DNA from: Haliotis cracherodii
Taxonomy: Eukaryota
Direction of reading: 5' to 3'
NCBI RefSeq assembly: GCF_022045235.1
Contig: NW_027266319.1
Span: 26,784,001-26,848,000, forward strand
Length of the DNA stretch: 64,000 nucleotides
The notes beneath the pieces are model-generated. The model saw only the letters and a program-made list of their open reading frames with translations, was not told the origin of the DNA and ran no database searches. The position numbers and the translations under genes were made by a program. Shown here one piece after another: positions 1 through 11,000 of this stretch. The stretch's first letter is position 1. The number at the start of each line of letters is the position of its first letter.

Positions 1-745
1 ACCTAGCGGGGTGTATCTTCTGTCTCGTGGCGTACTAGTAGATTCAACGCGTAAAATCTCGCCAATGAGTCCAGTGTTTTGTGATGTGTGGTGTGGTGTG
101 TTTTGTCGTTTATTAACCAATTTCAGATTTGTATTGTAATCACATTGATTCAATCGGTGCTCCGTTCGTTAGAATTGACAAAAAAACACTAGACCAATCT
201 CCAAGACATCTTTTACAATGTTTACGGACAGCGTCTTCCAAAATCACATCCCATGAGACGAAAGTCCCTTTCGCGGGAAGTGACGTCATAGACGACCCCG
301 CATAGTTACGACTTCATTGTCAGCGCATCGCCGCCTTAGTCTGACGTTTTGTTGCTGCAGCTATTGTTTCACGCCGTTTCAGACGCTGCCATCTTGATTG
401 GCAGATGGGAGGTAGGTGACATATCTCGTATAATATCATTTAACATGTACAGGAACGTGTAAGCGATTCAATATATTTTTACGCAAGTTTTAGCAAATTT
501 GCAGCTGCCGGTTACCTTACAACCGAGGATGCGAACGAAAACCTGAAGAACAGTTAGCATCTTGTCTTTTAACACATCGTATCAGTTGCGAAATAAGTGA
601 CATTTATCTGAATATATTATTGCAGGTAAACGAAGACACCCAGAAAGTCAAATTGAATGATTGATTGAATGAGAGACACAGTATAACACTTCGGGAATGA
701 TGAAATGCATAGTTTGTTTTATTTCTCTGCAGCACTGAAAACAAG

Positions 746-2219
746 ATGATCTTTCTGCATGGTTTGGCTTTAGCCGTGTATGAGGTACAGAGATACCTCA
801 AATACCGCGATGGTAGGTATCTGTTTAAACAATATTCCAGCTATATGACGTCGGTCTGTACATAATCAAGCATCGATGCTATAAGTTTAGTCACAGAACC
901 TGGCTACCGATCCATTTAGTCGAGAATTAAAAGACCTTTTCTAACCCAGATGGATGAACCTAAACTCTGTTCTCCAGGTGACCCATGAACTCTACTCTAC
1001 TATTTCTCCCTCACAACCCATGTCTACATGGTGATTGGTGGTCGGGAGTAGCGCACAGAAGAATGTCATTTCTTCTTGCTATGAGTGAGTGAGTGAGTTG
1101 GGTTTAACGCCGCTTTTAACACTGTTCCAGACATATCACGGCGTGTCAGCTTAATGTGGGAGGAAAGCCCGAAGTGATGCAGGTCTCAGACGTTTACCAT
1201 TTCGGTGAAACCCACGAGCACGGGTATGGTGCTGACAAACCTAGAAACATAATCGGGGCGAACCGGGATTCGAACCCACAATCATAGGTTTCTGGCGTGC
1301 GCAAGGGACGCAACTCTGCAAAGCGAATCGCGGCGCCCTAGACGACTGGGCCACCCGTGCCCCCTCTTCTTGCTATGAGATACTTAAAATGTCAGGTATC
1401 TCATTTGATTTTGGACAACATGTGTTTTACATATCTTAATATGTGCATTAGAGTTAGAGATAGAACTTGATATTTTGTGGAAGTGATCGCCTGACCTACA
1501 ACCATTCGGCCCAACAGATCAAAGATTGGAGATGCTAAGGCGGGATGCAGCTGGGCAAGTCGTCGCGGAGTCCGCTGCCCAAAAGAACCTCATGATTGCT
1601 AATTCAATGGAGGTTGAGAGATTGGCTGCGGCTGATGCTGCAGTGAAGGCCAAGGTTGCTGCTGCTGTAGCAGACGCTGAGTATGCCGCCTGGAAGGCCC
1701 TGATTGCTGCAGCTCTGGAGGCCGAGAGAGTGTCTGCATCCTTAAGGAAGAACGCCGGGACGCCTGCAGCGTTGGAGGCCCACAGATTAGCTGCAGCTGC
1801 CACGGTGAAGGGCCATTCTGCTGCTGCAGCACTGGAGGCCGAGAGAAAAGAAGCAGCCTTTGCCATGGAGGAGGCCCAGTCTGCTGCAGCACAAAATGTT
1901 GAGAACCTGTCTGCAGCTGCTGCTTATTTGGCCAATGATAAAGACGCTGCAGGTGGGAACTATGGACGCGTTATACATAATACGTCAAGAAAAACCGTTT
2001 CAAATGCCTAAACATAAAAAAAGACTGAATGTCAGTGTTTGTGAACGTAGTTGCAGATATTTCCTCAACCATGCTGTATCATATTAGTTATTGTTATTTT
2101 CTTGCTGTCAAACAGGACAAGCTCAAGAAGAAGGGCATGTTCGGAGGCATGAAGACTGGCTTCATGCTGTAAATGCTGTGTCTGATTGGTCCTCGGCCGT
2201 CTACGTTATTCCTGCATGA
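746..2219 (+). CDS. Alanine-rich predicted helical protein of unknown function, about 201 aa, 3 exons (746-812, 1518-1952, 2116-2219); upstream coding exons possible
   Basis: Both introns are GT-AG and phase 1, joining MIFLHGLALAVYEVQRYLKYRD-DQRLEMLRRDAAG...NDKDAA-GQAQEEGHVRRHEDWLHAVNAVSDWSSAVYVIPA*. The central exon is GC-rich and about 35% Ala with AALEA(E/H)R repeats. The frame stays open back to the acceptor at 731-732, so the start is uncertain. Confidence 0.7.
1086..1364 (-). mobile_element. tRNA-derived SINE family B, full length (tRNA-Leu-like head, V-domain-like body end, (CACT)n tail)
   Basis: Minus strand has an A box (TGGCCCAGTCGTCTAGG), a B box (GGTTCGAATCCC) and tail GCGGCGTTAAACCCAA(CTCA)n. 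15-bp TSD TCTTCTTGCTATGAG at 1071-1085 and 1365-1379. Confidence 0.9.
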
Positions 2220-2639
2220 TCCACGCGCATGTCCTCCACTAACGACCTTGACCCTGATTGAAATCGAAACACCCGATGAACTTTTTGCTCTGTGTATAGA
2301 AACCTTCTGATCAACTTCAGAAGAGATGCGTAAATTTAGAGGCTGATGGGTAAACAGTTTAACATATTATTAGGATATCCATAAATGTACGTGTAATTAT
2401 CGTTTCTTTAGATATGTGTTGATTTACATCTTGATTATCATGTTGATTTACTGTCTCATATTTAGTGATGACAAATATCCCGACCAGCAGGAACACTGAC
2501 CTACTGTGACGGGATTGTGCGGATGTGTTGTGTCACCATCCATGTGTTGTTGACAGTCCAGGGCGGACTAAATCGTGCTAAAGTTGTACAGACTAGCTGG
2601 TTCAATACAAGCGTCATGTTGTCAGAAACATTATCAAGT

Positions 2640-3096
2640 TGATAAAAAGGGGTCGGTGATGAAGTAGAGAGGGCGAACAGCGGGGTGTAAGAGAGGTGGT
2701 GAGCGATCAGGTGCTAGAGGTGTGGTTTGTGGGGTGTTAGAGAGGGGGTTATTGATCAGAGGGGTTGGTGTTAGAGAGGGGGTCAGTGAGGTGTTAGAGA
2801 GGGGTTAGTGATCAGATGGGTTGGTGTTAGAGAGGGGATCAGTGAGGTGTAAGAGAGGTGGTTAGCGATCAGGTGTTAGGGGTGTGGTTAGCTGGGTGTT
2901 AGAGAGGTGGTTCGTGGGGTGTTAGGCAGGCAGTTAGTGATCAGGCGTTAGAGAGGTGGTTAGTGATTGGGTGTTAGAGAGGGGGTCGGTGAGGTGTTGG
3001 AGGGGTGGTAAGTGATCAGGTGTTAGAGGTGTGGTTAGTGATTAGGTGTTAGAAGGGCGGTTAATGATCAGGTGATAGAGAGGTGGTCGGTGAGAT
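2640..3096. repeat. Degenerate G-rich tandem repeat (GGTGTTAGAGAGG / AGTGATCA motifs)
   Basis: Recurrent gtgttagagagg and tagtgatcagg units with strong G skew. Confidence 0.8.
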
Positions 3097-3234
3097 GTTA
3101 CAGAGGTGGTATATATATAAATAAATATAATAAAATATATGAAAACATTGGTATAAGTGAGATGTGTGGGTTGGACGTGGGTTCATCCTCTATCTTATCA
3201 AACCTCGGTGAGGTAGTTTCCCGTTCCCTATGAT

Positions 3235-4024
3235 TCTGTTCCAAGGACACCAGTGTCACCTCTCCAGTATTGTGTTCCAACGACACCAGTGTCACCTCTC
3301 CAGTATTGTGTTCCAAAGACACCAGTGTCACCTCTCCAGTATTGTGTTCCAAAGACACCAGTGTCACCTCTCCAGTATTGTGTTCCAACGACACCAGTGT
3401 CACCTCTCCAGTATTGTGTTCCAAAGACACCAGTGTCACCTCTCCAGTATTGTGTTCCAAAGACATAAGTGTCAACTCTCTAGTATTGTGTTCCAAAGAC
3501 ACCACTGTCACCTCTCTAGTATTGTGTTCCAACGAAACCAGTGTCACCTCTCCAGTATTGTGTTCCAAAGACACCAGTGTCACCCCTCTAGTATTGTGTT
3601 CCAAAGACACCACTGTCACCTCTCCAGTATTGTGTTCCAACGACACCAGTGCACCTCTCCAATATTGTGTTCCAAAGACACCAGTGTCACCTCTCTAGTA
3701 TTGTGTTCCAAATGCACCAGTGCCACCTCTCTAGTATTGTGTTCCAAAGACACCAGTGACACCTCTCCAGTATTGTGTTCCAACGACACCAGTGTCACCT
3801 CTCCAGTATTGTGTTCCAAAGACACCACTGTCACCTCTCTAGTATTGTGTTCCAAAGACACCAGTGTCACCTCTCCAGTATTGTGTTCCAAAGACACCAG
3901 TGTCACCTCTCTAGTATTGTGTTCCAAAGACACCAGTGTCACCTCTCTAGTATCGTGTTCCAAAGACACCAGTGTCACCTCTCCAGTATTGTGTTCCAAA
4001 GACACCAGTGTCACCTCTCCAGTA
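3235..4024. repeat. 36-bp minisatellite, about 22 units
   Basis: Unit TTGTGTTCCAAAGACACCAGTGTCACCTCTCCAGTA. It explains the 12-aa periodic ORFs in several frames. Confidence 0.95.
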
Positions 4025-4769
4025 TCTACAAAATAAACATTAGACCTACCATAATTACATCTAGAACGACAATAATGTCAACCAAATGTGTCAGAACCCA
4101 TACAACCAGCGTTCGAGCTCGTGACAAAACCTGACTGACACCAGCACATCCCACTCTCCCAGTCGGCTCACTGTCGGTTTCTGCCTGGCTGCAAATCTGG
4201 CCCTGTTCACTGAGGATGGTTGGAGTTATATAAATAAGGGTTTTTAGGCAAAAACGACGACTTTGACAATGACAACATTCATTAACTTACCCATCAGCTT
4301 CTTTTGTGATTATCACATGATGTATTGTTTTAATTCTGTTGGATGAGTTTTTGTAAATAAATGTCATTTTCTATCTGTATGACTTTTGTTTAGTTTTGAT
4401 CTTTCCTGCAACTACTAGGACTGAGCCGCACTACACAACATAGCGGATATTAATATTAGAGGGCCGAGGATCAAGGACTGGCCAGGTACGTACCTGTGAT
4501 TTGACGGGAAATAAGTTCGTGTACAGATCAAGATGCGTACTTTTTTTAACAAGGAAACGTTTTCTTCGAACAGAAATATCGTTTTCTTCTTTTATTTTTC
4601 AATTTGTCTTATCATTTCTTTAGGTCGAAATCGGTAATAGGAACCGGTGACATTCGTTGCTTAAGGAGACTGAATATGATACAATGGAACCCACTTTATC
4701 CGAACGTATCCGTTCTCAGTGTAATAGTATTTACTATTTAGTAATCGGAGAATGTGTAGATCAGATAGA

Positions 4770-5130
4770 ACACGTAGTGACGATATTCTTATGATAATAT
4801 GTCCTTGATACAACACGTAGTGACGATATACCTATGATAATATGTCCTTAATTCAACGCGTAGTGACGATATACCTATGATTATATGTCCTTGATACAAC
4901 ACGTAGTGACGATATACCTATGATAATATGTACTAATACAACGCGTAGTAACGATATACCTATGATAATATGTCCTTGATACAACACGTAGTGGCGATAT
5001 ACTTATGATAATATGTCCTTGATACAATGGGTCGTGACGATATACCTATGATAATGTCCTTGATACAACGCGTAGTGACGATATACCTATGATAATATGT
5101 CCTTGATACAACGCGTAGTGACGATATACT
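4770..5130. repeat. 43-bp minisatellite, about 8 units
   Basis: Unit CGTAGTGACGATATACCTATGATAATATGTCCTTGATACAACA. Confidence 0.9.
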
Positions 5131-5873
5131 TATACTATATTCCAAGGTAAGTGTAATTTAAATATCTAATCATGCACCAGTGCCGTGGTGGGGTGTGGGG
5201 AGGATTTTCTTTTACAGAAAAGTTTTTTTTTTAAATCCTGAAAATACAGTGGACAAGTGGTACTTGTACAAATATTTGCCCCCGCCCCCGCCGTCAAAAA
5301 AGCTAACCACGTGACATTGTACTATTGGCCTTGATGCCTAAATATGGGCCTTGATGCCTAAATTACTAAATAAATTGTCTGACAGTGACGTGAACATATA
5401 TTTAATGTACCTGTAAATTTCATCGTAACTCAAAGAAAATAACAAATATAACTTTCATTAAAAAGAAAAGGTCTTTCAGTTTTAGCCGAATGGAAATTAA
5501 TACCATACGGAATCCACGTTTTACCCACGTTTACCTATGTTTACCCGTTATGAAGTCGCTATGAAGGATACGTTAACCTCCACAAACTCAACTGAATTCA
5601 CTTTACTCATTTTTGGAAATATATCCGAGGTTTTGATATCGGATATAGATAAGACGCAAATCTAAACCAACACCATATTGCCTTTAAGTAAATGGAAATG
5701 TAATTTTAATTTAATCGGATTTCTCGATCAGCCTATATAAGAAAAGCTTATCTTCTTTTTCCCCTCTCGTCACGAATCGCGGAAATATTACTGACACTGC
5801 ATTTTAAACAAGTTCGATTCTTTCTTTGTTGTAATTCAACATTTTTTATTAAAGAAGACAGAGGCCTGGTGTA

Positions 5874-6040
5874 ATGAGTGAGTGAGTGAGTTGGGTTTTA
5901 CGCTGTTTTAGACAATATTCCTGCAATGTTACAGCAGGGGACACTAGAAATGGCTTCGCCCATTGTACCCATGTGGAGATTCAATCCCAGGCCTTCGGCA
6001 TGACGAGCGAACGCTTTTACCATTACGCTACCCAACCGCA
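5874..6040 (-). mobile_element. Short tRNA-derived SINE family C (about 170 bp, tRNA-Asp-like head)
   Basis: Matches the copies at 17245-17407 and 20430-20592; A/B boxes and (CACT)n tail. Confidence 0.8.
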
Positions 6041-6156
6041 AGCCGATATTATGTAAATGAAGAGACGATTATAAGGCTTATGTATCTCCACATGTGTATA
6101 TTGTCGTTAACAATCGGTTACCATATTCTTTACCTGCTGAACAAATAGTATATATA

Positions 6157-6855
6157 TGTTATGGAATTTTAAGATGTTTAAACATTTTGTGTAATTTATT
6201 GTTAAACAATGATCGTAACTGTGTTACATTGTTTCTGTTGAGAATCAGAAGTCAATTGCATTGTATTTGGGCAATGACTATTTCGCACTATTTAATGTAA
6301 GCAGTGGAGAGGAAGTTATTGTATATAAGATGCTCGAATTATGTGTAAACTCCCGGAATAGCATGGATGGATGTCAAGCTTTATAGAAACATGTAGAATA
6401 TTATGTGATGTTCAAGTGACACTGGACTGGACTGGTCTGGTCTGGTACTGTGTCGAAAGTGCTGGAAGCTAGTTAAATAAGTGGAAAGAGCGCGTGCCGG
6501 TTGGGTCTCACATTTCAGCTGACATTACATCAAGACTAGCTTTTGTGTGAAGATCACATTTCACCCTGGATTCCGAGCCGAGGCCTATCACGGAAGCTTG
6601 GCCACTGCTGTGGATAGGGGAACATTATTATCACTGAACTTTTTGATATCACCCCATGCCATCATATTTTGTATTTGATACCGCCAATTGTACTACCACT
6701 CTATAGTGTACTTCTGTTGTAATTGCTGTACAGTATTTTGTATCGATGTGTAAATCTAGTTAATTCTGTAATACAATTGTTGATTTTATACCATTTGTTG
6801 CTTTCACACTAAATTGTTTTACGTTTTGTTTCAATTCGGGAATCGACACATAACA
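6157..6855. mobile_element. Probable solo LTR (about 700 bp)
   Basis: Begins TGTTATG and ends CATAACA (TG...CA with a 7-bp inverted repeat), with an internal TATA-like motif and no ORF. No clean TSD seen. Confidence 0.5.
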
Positions 6856-6885
6856 GTTTATATTGTCTTAAGGTAATAATAATAA

Positions 6886-7220
6886 AAACTCCCCATTGTT
6901 CCCGGTGCCTTAGGCTTGGTACCTCCCAATCTGTTGACTGACTTTGGGAGAGCACCCGGGTTTGCTACCAGGAATACAGCCCTTCCGACAATCTGGGTAA
7001 TGCAGAAAGCTGTAGTGTTGAGGGGTCTTCACATTCTCCGAAAAGGTCTGGGTGAGTTTGACGAGGCAGCGCTTCCTGGGAGAAGTCCCATTTGCTGGCT
7101 GGGCTACGTGAAGACGGGGCAAGGGCCCTGACCTGATGATAAGCCTAACCAGCCTGACTGTACCAGGATCACCCAAATCCTCTTTGCTACATTCTTTATT
7201 TTAATCTGTAAGTAGTAAAA
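6886..7220 (+). mobile_element. 5'-truncated R4/Dong-like non-LTR retrotransposon 3' end (C-terminus of the restriction-like endonuclease ORF plus 3' UTR)
   Basis: Translates PIVPGALGLVPPNLL...MQKAVVLRGLHILRKGL, resembling the P(I/V)VIGALG...QKA.LL....ILRK C-terminus of R4-clade ORFs. Flanked on both sides by (TAA)n, the known Dong target. Confidence 0.65.
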
Positions 7221-7501
7221 ATAATAATAATGCTCCAATCGCAACATCCTACTGGAATTGCTAATGTTAACATCCTTGAAGCTATTAACATGAAAAGGGC
7301 GGTTGGGTACCCCAGTGGTTAAAGTGTTCGCTCTTCACTAAAGTATGCATGTCAGCCCATTCTTGGTGCCCTCAGTCGACAATGGCTGGAATATTTCAAA
7401 AGACAGGGATGTATTCAGTTCGCAAACTCATAGTTGAGTGCAATCTTGATGGAGGTGAAACCACGTGTACCCGCAACACCATCATCCGTCAGTGATATTA
7501 C

Positions 7502-7782
7502 CACCCGTGAAGATCCGGGTTAGAATCGGATGGGTCTTCAGCAACCCATGCTTGTCGTAAGAGGCAACTATGTTTATCGTAAGAGGAAACCAATGGGATC
7601 GGGTGGTCAGTCTCACTGACTTGGTTGATGCATGTCATCGTATCTCAATTGCGTGGATCGATGCTCAAGATGTCAATCACCAAATTGTCTGGTCCAGACT
7701 TGATTATTTACGGACCGCCGTCATATAGCTGGAATATTACTCATTGCGGCGTTAAACAACAAACAAGCAAACAAAAAAACAA
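7502..7782 (+). mobile_element. Retroposon family A (tRNA-less SINE-like element, about 260-280 bp), full length
   Basis: Starts ACCCGTGAAGATCC and ends GCGGCGTTAAAC(AAAC)n. 12-bp TSD CAGTGATATTAC at 7490-7501 and 7783-7794. Confidence 0.9.
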
Positions 7783-8017
7783 CAGTGATATTACAGCATC
7801 GGTTTATCTGTAATTTACTGTGAGTTACAAAATAGTGTATGTTGTAGCCTTATATATATTCCCGCAATGTCAGCAAGAATTTATGTAATAGCATCACTGG
7901 TAATCTTATTATGCAAAGTATTCCTTCAGCGGTCTGACACTCTGAATGAACAAGCAAGTTCCATTAACGGTGTTAACATAATCATGCATATTCATAACTT
8001 GAAATAATCTCGGTGGC

Positions 8018-8024
8018 TATATAA
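8018..8024 (+). promoter_or_regulatory. TATA box of the TSP1/chitin-binding gene
   Basis: TATATAA about 35 nt upstream of the signal-peptide ATG at 8058. Confidence 0.55.
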
Positions 8025-8057
8025 GGCCTGAGTTATGGGTGAGTTGCGCGTATCAAA

Positions 8058-11000
8058 ATGAGGGGTGCCTGGTGTATTGCAGTGGTCAGCGTCACGCTGT
8101 GGGCAGCCTTTGCCGCAGCGGACAGGTGAGTGGACTGTCTTCTCTTGCCGTCCTCTGATCAACACATACCAGTAAATAACCGTGAAGATCCGGGGTAGAA
8201 AGAGGCGACTAATGGGGTCGCGAACTCGCGAACTTGGTTGATGCATGCTATCGTATCGTAATTGCGTGGTTCGATGCTCATGATGTCAATCACAGAATTG
8301 TCTGGTCCAGACTCGATCATTTACAGACCGCCGTCATAGTGCGGCGTTAAACAAACAAACAAACAAAGCATATATCGGACATCTGCATAGTCAAATAATG
8401 AATCTTTATACTATAACAAATTGACAGCTTATAGATTACACGCGAATGTTTATTGATATGTGGAAGAAAATAATATTTATCGTGCAACGGTTGTACCGAA
8501 CGTTGCCAGTACTGCATAATGGTGTTTTAATTTACGGAAACATAAGTGCCAGGATAAATAAACGCTATTGATAAATAGCAGCGATATGAGATAATAAAAG
8601 ACATTTAATTTACAAAGGTCAGTTATTAGATGTCAAAGGTTTATTTGAAGTGATGGAGTACAACACGTCACACCCTGTTTAGTCCTGCATATATTTAGCT
8701 GTCTTGGATGGGTCGCTGATGAAGACAGATGTTAAGGTCTGGGGTGTACGAAATAGTGAGTGAGTTGGGTTTATCGCCGCTTTTAACAGCATTCCAGTTA
8801 TATCAGGGCGTGTCACCTTTAGGTGGGAGGAAAGCCTGCTATGATGCAGGTCCCGAAACATGGTTTCTGGCGTGTCTAGGGACGCAACTCTGCACAGCAA
8901 ATTGCGGCGCCTTAGACGACTGTGCCACTTGGTGTACGGAATAGTTTTTGTTATATCTCAGTACCAGAATTGTTCTTGTGGTTGATGATGCATATGTAGC
9001 AGGGAATTGCAACTTCTCCAACACATGCAATTGTGGTTTAAGGAACGTTACTATATTTTTCAAAATTGTCACAATACGAAAACCAGTTCCTCGTCTGCAG
9101 GTGCCAGTACTCGTGCAGCAAACAGGAGCGCAGCAACTACGAGTGCGGATGGTGGGGATGGAAACGCTGCAGCAGATACAGGTCAGTCCACTGCGCATCA
9201 TGTACGCACATACAGGAAGGGGGGTCATATTAGAATGGAGATACAATACACTGGATAATCGAGGATAATCTTAAATAAATGCATGCCCGTTTAACATATG
9301 CTTATAATCCTATATTCATATTGTGGTTTCTGAAAGTTATATATTCAAATTGTGGTTTTAGTATAGATATTAAATAGTTTCACCTAAATAATATTTCTCA
9401 CTTACAGGAGCGTCCCCAGCACCTGCTACAGAGACTGCACACGTGAGTCTAGAAATAGTCTTTGTGTTAGCCAATGGAAGTGTAAAGGCAAGTACTGGCA
9501 TATCACGGAGTGATGACCGTGGGTATTCAGGGTTATATACCGTCTTCCTCACATAATCTTACCACGAGGGCGTGGATCGATGCTCATAATATATATCGCT
9601 GATTTATGGCAGATAATCCATGACTGTACACTGTATACAGAACAGTAGCCTGCCAGTCACCTTAATGCTGTGTGCACTTTAACGTTTTAGGTACTTTCTC
9701 GGTATGACCACCGACCTTCCGTTCTCCGGGCTTACTCTCTATCCACTACGCCATTTAGGCAGTCTATTCTTATTGGAGAACCATATAGTCAAATTACTGG
9801 GTGCTGTGGTACAAACCGATTGTAGCGCTAAGATGATCGTAACGCTCATACCTTAAGTAGACTTACGACAGTCGCAGCGCAAAGGTTGTTTTGTACAACG
9901 ACACCCTGGTGTATAACGAAGGTCAGATTTGTTAAAGGGTTGATATGTAGGTTGTTGCTGTATATGGTTCAGTATGTGTCACCCTTGATATCATTCTTCG
10001 TGTGCAGATGGCCAGTGGAGCGCTTTCTCATTGTGGGAAGCGACCAGCACGTGCTCTCATACTTGTGGGGGAGGGGAGATAACCCAGCAGAGAACCCGCC
10101 AGTGTAACAACCCCGCTCCTAGCAACGGCGGCAGACCGTGTGAAGGCGAGACGTCGGAGACGAGGACCAGCACGTGCAACACTCACCCCTGCCCAAGTAC
10201 GTCAGTCACGCCCGTGAAGATCCGGGATAGAATAGGTCTTCAGCAAAACATGCTTGTCGTAAGAGGCGACTAACGGGATCGTGTGGTCAGGCTCGCTGAC
10301 TTGGTTGATGCATGTCATCGATGCTCATGATGTCAGTCACGGGATTGTCTGGTCCAGACTCGATTATTTACAGACCGCCGTCATATAGCTTGAATATTGC
10401 TGAGTGCGGCGTTGAACAACAAACAAACAAAACAATCGTTAAAGGTTTCGGTAATTAGTAATTTTTTCTCGTGGCCCACTCCACAAAGTGATCTTAGCGC
10501 TATGACTATATCGTAAGTCTATGTGAAAGACTGAGCGCCGAGATAGCTTTGCGGAACTATCCTCTGGTCTGCTGTAAGACTGATATGCATACATGATATG
10601 TATTTACATGTAAGTAAAATGTCATTGCTAAAACTAAGTACGGTGCTTGGTGTCCCAGTTGCCGGTGGGTGGAGCGCCTGGACGGAGTGGACCCCAATTG
10701 ACGAGTGCCCGGCGCTGTGCGGAGGGGGGAAGGCGGATCTGACCCGCTCCAGGACCTGTACCAACCCCTCCCCACAGTATGGCGGGGCGGACTGTGTCGG
10801 TCAAGCGACCCAGACTACCATAATGGGCGACTGCAATGTGGACTCGTGTGCTGGTAGGTGCATTGTTATACGTCACTTCCTGTCTCGTTGCCATGGGGAT
10901 GTTATAGTTTAAACTACATGCACCTACCTTAAGTAAGAGAATTTACGGATGTCAACTCTTTATTATGAGGAACACAACGTTTCGGAGTATATACTTACTC

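Noticed and set aside
3098-4134. Long periodic ORFs on both strands
   Set aside because: Translations of a 36-bp minisatellite that is open in several frames; no splice context or unique coding sequence.
7125-7160. CTGATGA suggesting another hammerhead
   Set aside because: No stem II followed by GAAA downstream.
10211-10277. Assignment of the family A 5' motif to HDV-like, pistol, twister or hairpin ribozymes
   Set aside because: The helix order and conserved core nucleotides of those classes could not be threaded by eye; left unclassified.
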